64,000 nt of DNA from an uncultured Nitrososphaerota archaeon (GTDB lineage: Archaea > Thermoproteota > Nitrososphaeria > Nitrososphaerales > Gagatemarchaeaceae), in NCBI GenBank assembly GCA_963838925.1, contig CAWISW010000003.1:288001-352000 (forward strand). Reading direction: 5' to 3'. Below the pieces are notes generated by a model, which ran no database searches, was not told where the DNA came from, and saw only the letters and a program-made list of their open reading frames with translations. The position numbers and the translations under genes are program-made. This document shows positions 56,562-64,000 of this stretch, piece by piece. How positions within the stretch are numbered: the stretch's first letter is position 1; each line of letters starts with the position of its first letter.

Positions 56562-57143
56562 TCAGTCATCATCTGCGAACTCGCGAATCTTCTGCAGAGT
56601 TTGGTTTTCGTCTAGCAAGTCATGCTCCCAAATTATGAGAGTATCGTATCCAAATCGCCTGAAGTGTGCGACTCTCTCATCCGTCGTCTCCCGTGCTTTC
56701 ACAGTGTGCCAATAGTCCCCAAAAAGCTCTATGAGTTGCTTCTTGTCATTTGTGCTTACGAAGTCAGGACACTTTCCGCCAACTAGGAGTTCCCAGTTGC
56801 CGACATATCGAAATTGCAATCCATTTCTATTGATCAGGTCGATTAGTCTTAGTTCCAGCTTGTTCGGCTTCTTGTGCTCCCCGACCATCATCTTCCGTAG
56901 TTGCTCTTCCTTATGCAGTCTCCAGAACTCTTTGTGCTTTGGATTTGGTCTGCCTCTCTTAGTGTCGGCCATCTTTTTCGCATACACGGGGTTCTTCATA
57001 GGATTCCTGTCCCCCATCTTTGAAAGACTCGCCTTCCGCTTCCAATCTTCCGATTTTGGGATTCCTTTCAGTAACGCGCCATACTTGTTTCCTGGCTTGA
57101 ACCAGCCTTTCTTCCGTAGCGTCTCCTTCGAGTCTGGCAACAC
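56562..57143 (-). CDS. Free-standing homing-endonuclease-like protein (NUMOD3-like DNA-binding region + Vsr/DUF559-like nuclease)
   Basis: KSEDWKRKASLSKMG..NP; PNKLE, CPDF, IELFGDYWH, GY..LIIWE; markedly lower GC. Confidence 0.75.
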   Translation of the reverse strand: MLPDSKETLRKKGWFKPGNKYGALLKGIPKSEDWKRKASLSKMGDRNPMKNPVYAKKMADTKRGRPNPKHKEFWRLHKEEQLRKMMVGEHKKPNKLELRLIDLINRNGLQFRYVGNWELLVGGKCPDFVSTNDKKQLIELFGDYWHTVKARETTDERVAHFRRFGYDTLIIWEHDLLDENQTLQKIREFADDD

Positions 57144-57249
57144 GCAAGTAATTGGATTCGCCTAATATTCACCAACCGGGAACCAATTCAGAAATCGGAA
57201 GTAAACTCTTCACTCTTTAACTACCAATAACCACAGAGTTTCAAACCGA

Positions 57250-58290
57250 TTGGCAACGATCCTCTACGCCGTGAGCCCAATCGGCTTCGGGCACGCATCC
57301 CGCTCAGCGGCAATCGGCCTCAAGTTGAGGCAGAGGTCGCTCGAGCCGGAGTTCGCCACGGGGGGCCCCGCAGTCGAGTTCCTGAGGTCCTACGGCTTCA
57401 AGGTCCACGACGTCGTAAGCGAGCCAGTGCCCACCGAGTCCGGGGGAGAGATGAAGATGGCCGCTCTTTGGTATCTCAGGTACTGGTTCGGGTACAGGTC
57501 GACGAGCAGGAAGATGACAGAGCTTGTGTCAAGGCTCTCCCCCAACCTCATAGTCGGCGACGAGGAGTTCTCGTCCGTCTCGCTCGCGGTCGCGAGGGGG
57601 GTCCCGCACGCGATGATCTCCGACGAGCTCCAGCTCGGGTTCGCGAGAGGCGCAATCGCGAGGAGGGTGGAGGCAAGCGTGAGCGAGTGGTATTCCAACC
57701 TCCAGAGGAGCGTCTCCAACCTTCTGGTGCCCAGTTTCGGGACGGACAGCGGAAACATCCACTACATGACGCCCGTGACGAGGGAGGTAACAAAGACGCG
57801 CGACGAATCGAGGGACGAGCACGGCCTGCCCCTCGAATCTGGCGTCATCCTATTCAGCTCGAGCGGGACAGGAATCGGGAAGTTCCTCCTGAACAGGTCG
57901 CAGGAGGCCTTCGGGAAGGTTTGCACTCACTCCGAGGTGTTCGCGGCGTCCGGCACCGGAACGCCGACAACGAAAGCCCCCAACGTCCGCAATCTGGGCA
58001 TCGTCCGAGACAACCAGAACCTCGTATCGGCAGCCGACCTGGTAATCTCGACTGCAGGGAAGAGCACCATAGACGAAGCCGTCAGCAGCGGGACGCCGAT
58101 CATCGCGATTCCGATCAAGAACCACGTGGAACAGGAGAGGAACGCAGCCGAGCTCGGCTTCACCTTCGGCGACCTCGAAAGGCTGGCGGAGCTGATCGCG
58201 AAGCTTCTGGGGAAGAGGCGCGAGCCCGCGCACTATGCCGGTGCGCAGAGGACCGCCGACTATCTCGCTTCGCTCTTGCCCGCGAGCTAG
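57250..58290 (+). CDS. GT-B glycosyltransferase (MurG/GT28-like)
   Basis: GFGHASRS, DLVISTAGKSTIDEA, HVEQERNA. Confidence 0.88.
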   Translation: MATILYAVSPIGFGHASRSAAIGLKLRQRSLEPEFATGGPAVEFLRSYGFKVHDVVSEPVPTESGGEMKMAALWYLRYWFGYRSTSRKMTELVSRLSPNLIVGDEEFSSVSLAVARGVPHAMISDELQLGFARGAIARRVEASVSEWYSNLQRSVSNLLVPSFGTDSGNIHYMTPVTREVTKTRDESRDEHGLPLESGVILFSSSGTGIGKFLLNRSQEAFGKVCTHSEVFAASGTGTPTTKAPNVRNLGIVRDNQNLVSAADLVISTAGKSTIDEAVSSGTPIIAIPIKNHVEQERNAAELGFTFGDLERLAELIAKLLGKRREPAHYAGAQRTADYLASLLPAS

Positions 58291-58847
58291 GCCTTCGTCT
58301 TTGTTCTAGCTTTCACCGTGCGCTTCCCGCGGAGGGAGAGCTCGCGGATGGCCAACATTACGGCGTCTTCCGGGCTGCTTCCTTCGAGCACCTTGCTCCT
58401 CCGCCTTTCGTCGATGTATCTTCCAGCCCATTCGTCCGCAACGCCCCCGGTGCCCTTGACGGCCACTATCGGCTTTCCCTCCTGGTAGGCCGCGGCCGCC
58501 TCGCTCAGGGTCCCCGCCCCGCCCCCGACGACCACCATCGCGTCTCCCGAGTACGCGACAAGAAAGTTCCTAGACCTCCCCATCCCCGTGGACACGACGC
58601 AGTCGCAGTACCTGTTCGCTTGGGCTGAGTCGGCGGACGGTATGATCCCAACAGCATGGCCTCCAGCCTCGAACGCGCCCTTGCTGGCAGCCTCCATCAC
58701 CCCTCCGAGACCGCCGCAGACGAGGGTCCCGCCCTCTTTCGCTATCGCCTTCCCGACCCGATACGCCGCGTCGCGCGCGACATCGGTGCACGAGTCATCA
58801 TCGTAGCCCACGACGGAGATCTGGACGCGCCGAGCCATGTCCACCAC
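58287..58847 (-). CDS. TIGR00725 family (LOG/SLOG) protein
   Basis: CGGLGGVMEA, TGMGRSRN, GGGAGTLSE, GTGG. Confidence 0.9.
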   Translation of the reverse strand: MVDMARRVQISVVGYDDDSCTDVARDAAYRVGKAIAKEGGTLVCGGLGGVMEAASKGAFEAGGHAVGIIPSADSAQANRYCDCVVSTGMGRSRNFLVAYSGDAMVVVGGGAGTLSEAAAAYQEGKPIVAVKGTGGVADEWAGRYIDERRRSKVLEGSSPEDAVMLAIRELSLRGKRTVKARTKTKA

Positions 58848-58901
58848 GGTCCTCGTCGAGCCCTTAAAGACTCCACAGCCCGTCGAACTGCAGACACCAA
58901 C

Positions 58902-59579
58902 ATGGAGAGGGCGCTGTACGCAGACCGGGCACAGGCGGGAGAGGCGCTCGCGGCCGCCGTTAAGAGGGAGCTGGGGCAGAAGCTGCCGGCCGGGAGGCCG
59001 CTCGTCTTGGCGATACCCAGGGGAGGAGTCCCGATAGGCCGCGATGTCGCCGAGGCCCTCGACGCCGAACTCGACCTAGTCGTCCCGAGGAAGCTCGGGG
59101 CAGAGGGGAACCCAGAGTACGCCATCGGGGCCGTGATGCCGGACGGAGCCCTCTACCTCAACCAGGAAGCCCTCAGCATCACGGGGGCCACCGCCGAGTA
59201 CATAGCAGCGGAGAAGGCCCGTGAGATGAAAGAGGGTGCGAGGCGCCTCGAGGCCTATCGCGACGGGCGCAAAGAACCCGCGCTCTCCGGGAGGGCCGTG
59301 ATTGTCGTAGACGACGGCGTCGCCACTGGAGCCACGATGATCGCCGCGCTCAGGTCTGTCAGGCTCCGAGGGGCGAGCTTTGTCGTCGCCGCGGCTCCCG
59401 TGGCGCCACCGAGCACCATCGAGGAGCTGAGGCACGAGGCGGACGTAGTGGTGTGCCCGTACGCCCCCGAGCCTTTCTACGCGATAGGCGCCTTCTACGG
59501 GGTCTTCTCACAAGTGAGCGACGAGGAGGTGGAGGAGATCCTTCAAGAATACTGGAACCGTCCAGAAAAGAAGCGCTGA
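58902..59579 (+). CDS. Phosphoribosyltransferase-family protein
   Basis: LAIPRGGVP, PRKLGA..NPE, VVDDGVATGAT. Confidence 0.9.
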   Translation: MERALYADRAQAGEALAAAVKRELGQKLPAGRPLVLAIPRGGVPIGRDVAEALDAELDLVVPRKLGAEGNPEYAIGAVMPDGALYLNQEALSITGATAEYIAAEKAREMKEGARRLEAYRDGRKEPALSGRAVIVVDDGVATGATMIAALRSVRLRGASFVVAAAPVAPPSTIEELRHEADVVVCPYAPEPFYAIGAFYGVFSQVSDEEVEEILQEYWNRPEKKR

Positions 59580-59644
59580 GTTTTTCTCCCTTGGATAGGA
59601 GGGGCGCATTTGTGCCTCCCGCGGGTGCCCTGGGGTCCTAGCCG

Positions 59645-60526
59645 ATGGTATCAGCCGCTATCATCCTCGGGGTCGTCCTCGCGTTCTGCTTCGGGACCTC
59701 GGACTTCCTCTCGAAGGGCCTCACAGGAAAGGTCGGGTTCTACCGCACCACGGTGTACACGCTGGCGACCAGCGGAGCCTTGGTGTTCGTTCCGTTGCTC
59801 TTCTTGGGCGCCCCGAGCGTCCCCTCGCTGACCGGCGTGGCTATCCTCGCACTGATCTCGGTGTCGACCTTCATCGCGTTCTTGTTCATGTACCGCGGTT
59901 ACCAGAAGGGGCACCTCTCGGTGGTCTCGCCCACCGTCAACTCGTTTCCGATCTTCTCAGTCTTCTTCGCGGTCTTCGTGCTGGGGATCGACCTCTCCTA
60001 CGAGGTGCTGCTCGCCCTCGTCGGCGTGATCGTTGGAATCCTCCTGGTCTCGACAAACGTCTCCGCCTTGAGGTCCTCCAACGGGAGGAGCCTCACGCCC
60101 GGCGTCCCGGAGGCCGTGCTGGCTGCGTTCTTCTTCGCCGTCGGCTTCACGGCCCTGGGCTACGCGGAGGAGACGGTGGGGTACCTCCTTCCGGTCCTCG
60201 CGGCAAGGCTCGGCGCCGCCTCCGTCGGACTCCTGACCGGCTTCGCCCTTAAGCAGAACTTGCAGCCCTTCGGCGGCAAGCCGTTCCTTCGCCTGTTCGC
60301 GATGGGGGCTCTCGAGGCGTCGGGAATCCTCGCGTTCACCCTCGCGCTCTACTACTCCTCGGGCATCGCCGTCCTCCCGATAACGACGACGCTCGGAGGA
60401 ATGGGAGTTGTCTTCACGGTAGGATACGCGCTGGTGCTGCTTAAGGAGAGGGTCGCGCCCAACTACGCGGTCGGCATCGTAATCCTGATCGCTAGCGTAG
60501 GCGCGCTTCTCTACTTCACGGCTTGA
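59645..60526 (+). CDS. EamA/DMT family transporter
   Basis: About 10 TM helices in two repeats; G.LSVVSP; LLKER. Confidence 0.88.
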   Translation: MVSAAIILGVVLAFCFGTSDFLSKGLTGKVGFYRTTVYTLATSGALVFVPLLFLGAPSVPSLTGVAILALISVSTFIAFLFMYRGYQKGHLSVVSPTVNSFPIFSVFFAVFVLGIDLSYEVLLALVGVIVGILLVSTNVSALRSSNGRSLTPGVPEAVLAAFFFAVGFTALGYAEETVGYLLPVLAARLGAASVGLLTGFALKQNLQPFGGKPFLRLFAMGALEASGILAFTLALYYSSGIAVLPITTTLGGMGVVFTVGYALVLLKERVAPNYAVGIVILIASVGALLYFTA

Positions 60527-61211
60527 GCGAGAAGTAGAGCCGCCTGTTGCTCTTCCCCTTGTTCTCGATGCGGTTGACGACTATCTCCCCAATCTCCGAC
60601 GTGTTCTTGACGTGCACGCCTCCGTCGGCTTGAGTGTCGATATCCCCGATCTGGACTATCCTCAGCTCCGCGACCGCAGGCGGGAGGGCGTCCGCCAGCT
60701 TCACGAAGCCCGGCGTGCTCAGAGCCTCCTCCCTCTTCATGAAGAACGTCTTCACCTCCGCCCCCCTTGCCGCGGCCTCGTTGGCCATCTTCACGTAGCC
60801 AGCCACCTTCTCCCTGTCGAACGCCTCCAAGGAGAAGTCTATCCGTGACTCGATGGGCGCGATCTGGTTCCCAGTGATCAGGGCCCCGGTCTCGCGGTTG
60901 ACGACCGCGCTCAGTATGTGCGCCGTGGTGTGCATCCTCATCACCCTGTGCCTCCTCTCCCAGTCGATGACGCCGTGGACGGCGTCACCCACTTTGAACG
61001 AGGCTCCTCCTAGGACGTGGTAGATCTCCTCGTCCTTCTTGATTACCTCAGTCACCTCCACGCCGTTCAGCTTCCCAACATCGGATACAAGGCCACCTCC
61101 GCGCGGGTTGAACGCCGTCCTGTCCAGCCTCACGCCGTTCTCGTCGACGGACTCGACCTTGGCGTCGAACTCGCGCAGATACATGTCCTGCCAAAAGAGC
61201 TTCTCAGTCAT
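60516..61211 (-). CDS. Alanyl-tRNA editing protein AlaX (AlaX-M-like)
   Basis: LDRTAFNPRGGG, MRMHTTAH, QADGGVHV. Confidence 0.92.
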   Translation of the reverse strand: MTEKLFWQDMYLREFDAKVESVDENGVRLDRTAFNPRGGGLVSDVGKLNGVEVTEVIKKDEEIYHVLGGASFKVGDAVHGVIDWERRHRVMRMHTTAHILSAVVNRETGALITGNQIAPIESRIDFSLEAFDREKVAGYVKMANEAAARGAEVKTFFMKREEALSTPGFVKLADALPPAVAELRIVQIGDIDTQADGGVHVKNTSEIGEIVVNRIENKGKSNRRLYFSLKP

Positions 61212-61292
61212 CGAGCGGACCTCACCGAAAGACCCCCTGCGACTCGACTGCCTGAATAAATATCCGGGGCGCCCCGAGGGCCCGAAAGTCGC

Positions 61293-61802
61293 GTGGCGGC
61301 GCTGAGACAGGTGAACAGGGTCAGGCTTCTGATAATGCTCGCCGTCCTCATCCCTCTCGCAATCCTCGCGACCTACATCCTTGTATATGATTCTACCCCG
61401 ATTGCCAGCTCGCCCAACGTCCACTACTCCACCTTCTCCGTTGGGAGCAAGACGTTCGATCTCACCTACCTCGCGACGAACCAGAGCGCGCTGCAGAAGG
61501 GGCTCATGGGAGTGAAGGTCACCGGCAGCACCACCGAGCTCTTCGTCTTCCCCAACGCGGGCTACTACTCCTTCTGGATGTACGGGGTAAACTCGAGCCT
61601 CGACATCATGTGGGTGGACGCCCAGCCCGGGAGCAACGTCGGCAGCGTCGTCTACATGGCAGCCAACGCGCCCCCGTGCACGTTGCCCGTCATCTGCACC
61701 TCCTACCAGCCCACCGCGAGGGCCAACTTCGTGATCGAGGCCAAGGGCGGGTTCGCGGCGGCGAACGGAATCAAGCTCGGGACGACGGTAACCTTCGGCT
61801 AG
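61293..61802 (+). CDS. DUF192 family membrane-anchored protein
   Basis: KGLM, FWM, LDIMW, PPC..C..Y.P, VIEAKGG. Confidence 0.88.
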   Translation: MAALRQVNRVRLLIMLAVLIPLAILATYILVYDSTPIASSPNVHYSTFSVGSKTFDLTYLATNQSALQKGLMGVKVTGSTTELFVFPNAGYYSFWMYGVNSSLDIMWVDAQPGSNVGSVVYMAANAPPCTLPVICTSYQPTARANFVIEAKGGFAAANGIKLGTTVTFG

Positions 61803-61806
61803 GCGC

Positions 61807-63135
61807 TCAGAAGCTCGTTATCTTCGCCTGCGTCAGCTCCCTCGAGATGAGCACCGACGAGCCCTTCCACTTCTTGGACGGGATCCTCATCTTCGCGAGC
61901 GCCGCGGCGAGGGCTGGCTGGAACGAGTCGAACTTCGCAGGCCTCTGCCTCATCAGCTCCCTGATGCTCTCCCTCACGTTCCACACTCCCAGCGGCATTA
62001 TGTATCCGGGGTAGGTCTCGCGAAGGACGATGGCCGCGGCCTGCCTCCTCTCCTCCTCCAGGGCCTCCGCGACAGCGAGCCTCGTCGAGTAATAGCACCC
62101 GCCGACCTTGGCGTAGGTGCGCCTGCCGAAGTGCTCCTCAAAGTCGCCGATGATGTATGGCTCCTTCGACGACTGGTTCCACGTCGTGTTGGGGAACCAC
62201 GCCTCGATCCACTCGAACCTCCAAGGCTCTGGCAGGAGGATCGCGACGTATTGGTTGTCGTACACGCTGTAGCTGTAGACCCGGTACTCGTCGATGGTCT
62301 GGAACCCCTTGACCTTCTCCATGAGCTTCGCGCTAATGGTGCTGTCCACCGCGGTGATGCTCCACCTCGTCGGGACGAGCCTGCGCCTCGCCCCCTCCCC
62401 GAACATCCCGATGCTCAGGGCCCTCTGGATCCGCGTCACCATGATGCCGTCTCTGTAGAGCGAGAAGATCGCCTCCGACGCCTTCAGGTCCCGGTCGTAG
62501 TAGGGCTTCTCGATTCGCCTTTCCACGGTGACGTTGGAGGTCTTGAACTTCTCCATCGGAGCGGAGGGCCCGAAGGGCTGGGTGTCCTCGCTGAGCGTGA
62601 GGACTTTCCGCGGGGCCTTTGAGAGCCTCAGCTCTGAGTCCACGGGCTTGGCGGCCATGGAGAGTTCCTGCAGCTGCTGGAGAGTCCTCCCGGGGTTGCC
62701 AGCGTCCTCCACGTTCGCCCTCGTGTTGCCCCGCACGAGCGAGTACCTGTAGTCGACGATTGTTTCGAGGGGCCTCCCGAGCCAGAACTCCGGCGTGTCC
62801 ATGATTGAAGTATCACCGTATTGCGGCGGCACCATCGGTCCTATCGAGACCTTGGGGTATCCTATCCTGCCCACGAATACGCCCGGCGGGGACGACCCTG
62901 CGATGTTGTCGGTGTAAGAATAGTTCGACCGTCCGATCGCCTCAGCCTTCACGATTATCGGACAGCGCGGCTTGCCGCAGAGGAGCTTCGCGCCGCGACA
63001 CTGAAGGCACATCCATGCCGGAGGCGACTCCACGACCTCGATTGAGCGCGCGACCTCCTCGAACCCAATCTTTTCAGTGGCTATCACGTTCGAAAGCCAT
63101 GTGACACGTCTCGGCGCCAGATGAAACCATCCCAA
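61807..63135 (-). CDS. nreA: Nre-family archaeal DNA repair protein
   Basis: CLQCRG...CGKPRCP, GSSPP.VFVG, RRLVPTRWSITAVD, GGCYY, C-terminal PIP-like QAKITSF; start uncertain. Confidence 0.93.
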   Translation of the reverse strand: MGWFHLAPRRVTWLSNVIATEKIGFEEVARSIEVVESPPAWMCLQCRGAKLLCGKPRCPIIVKAEAIGRSNYSYTDNIAGSSPPGVFVGRIGYPKVSIGPMVPPQYGDTSIMDTPEFWLGRPLETIVDYRYSLVRGNTRANVEDAGNPGRTLQQLQELSMAAKPVDSELRLSKAPRKVLTLSEDTQPFGPSAPMEKFKTSNVTVERRIEKPYYDRDLKASEAIFSLYRDGIMVTRIQRALSIGMFGEGARRRLVPTRWSITAVDSTISAKLMEKVKGFQTIDEYRVYSYSVYDNQYVAILLPEPWRFEWIEAWFPNTTWNQSSKEPYIIGDFEEHFGRRTYAKVGGCYYSTRLAVAEALEEERRQAAAIVLRETYPGYIMPLGVWNVRESIRELMRQRPAKFDSFQPALAAALAKMRIPSKKWKGSSVLISRELTQAKITSF

Positions 63136-63215
63136 AATCTTGGCTTGGCGCTCTTAAACTCTAGGCCCGAACAACGGGTCACCGATAAATAGAGACCGTC
63201 AATTTCGAGGAGAAG

Positions 63216-64000
63216 ATGCCCAAGTTCGCGCATCTGTCAGATATCCACATCGGGGCCTTTAGGCAGCCGGAGCTGAGGGAGCTTCTACTTACTGCCTTCG
63301 ACCTGGCGATCGACAAGTGCATCGACGAGAAAGTCGACTTCGTAGTGATAGCCGGTGACGCATTCGACTCCAACATCCCTGACCTTTCGTCAGTCAAGCG
63401 TGCCGTTGCGAAAATGCGCGAAGCCAAGGAGAAAGGGATCGCGTTCTACGTCGTCTACGGTAGCCATGATTCCAGTCCCAACTACTCATCGATTGTGGAC
63501 GTGCTGGAGAGCGCTGGACTTCTCACCAAGATCGAGAAGGTGACCAAGAGGGAAGACGGAAAGCTCGACCTGGCCTTCACGGTAGACCCTTCCGGGGCGA
63601 AGCTCTGCGGCATCTCCGGGAAGAAGCTAGGCTTGGACAGGCTGGACTATGAGCTCCTCGACAAAGAAAAGCTCGAGAAAGAGGACGGCTTCAAGATATT
63701 CGTCTTTCATGGGGCACTCGAGGAGTACAAGCCGCACGACCTCTCAATGATGGAGGCGATGTCGGTGTTGCAGCTCCCAGAGGGATTCGACTATTACGCC
63801 GGCGGGCACATTCACCAAAGGTCGGTCAGTTCATTGAAGGGCAGGCGCAACATCGCGTACCCTGGCCCTCTATTCGGAACTGACTTCAGGGACTTGGAAT
63901 CCATCGCTAAGGGCAACGACGCCGGTTTCTACATCGTGGACTTCGACTCCGAAGTTCGGCGGGTCAGGTTCATAGAAGTCACTCCGTGCCGAATAACTGA
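63216..64000 (+). CDS. mre11: Mre11-family DNA repair nuclease (runs off window end)
   Basis: FAHLSDIHIG, AGDAFD, YGSHD, FHG, YYAGGHIH, YPG. Confidence 0.9.
   Translation, partial: MPKFAHLSDIHIGAFRQPELRELLLTAFDLAIDKCIDEKVDFVVIAGDAFDSNIPDLSSVKRAVAKMREAKEKGIAFYVVYGSHDSSPNYSSIVDVLESAGLLTKIEKVTKREDGKLDLAFTVDPSGAKLCGISGKKLGLDRLDYELLDKEKLEKEDGFKIFVFHGALEEYKPHDLSMMEAMSVLQLPEGFDYYAGGHIHQRSVSSLKGRRNIAYPGPLFGTDFRDLESIAKGNDAGFYIVDFDSEVRRVRFIEVTPCRIT

Noticed and set aside
56540-57255. Imperfect inverted repeat (AAACGGTTT versus AAACCGATT) around the endonuclease gene
   Set aside because: Too short and degenerate, with no target-site duplication, so it is not called as an IS or MITE
1-64000. CRISPR array, rRNA, integrase/att sites at tRNAs, inteins in alaS/leuS/tfb
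   Set aside because: No regularly spaced repeats, no duplicated tRNA 3' ends noticed, and protein lengths are normal with no intein motifs

Overview
High-GC (roughly 60%+, by eye) archaeal chromosome segment, most consistent with Nitrososphaerota (Thaumarchaeota), probably a deep non-ammonia-oxidising lineage. This is inferred from the CdvB/ESCRT-III paralogue, the TFB paralogue, NreA, the Sulfolobus-type FumC, the lack of rplX in the rps19e-ftsY cluster and the BHB introns. Most of the window is core genes: translation and ribosome biogenesis (dph6, aIF5A, nob1, nep1, rpp21, rps19e-PDCD5-rpl39e-rpl31e-aIF6-pfdA-ftsY, dtdA, secE-spt5-rpl11-rpl1-rpl10, inverted rpl12, alaS, leuS, alaX), NAD synthesis, DNA repair (dinB, ogt, nreA, mre11) and metabolism. 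The four tRNAs carry six BHB introns, three of them at non-canonical positions. Signals missed by the ORF track: a box C/D sRNA complementary to the 23S peptidyl-transferase region; three further structured intergenic RNA candidates, two with pseudoknot geometry; two genes that apparently need non-canonical starts (ATC/ATA for rpp21, ACG for a large secreted protein) against heavy TTG usage; a membrane gene separated from an in-frame PD-(D/E)xK-like nuclease by TGA-TAG-TAA; and a lower-GC islet after leuS with a free-standing NUMOD3+Vsr-like homing-endonuclease gene next to a DUF5679 microprotein. No rRNA, CRISPR array, integrase or transposase was seen. All calls come from motif reading without database searches.
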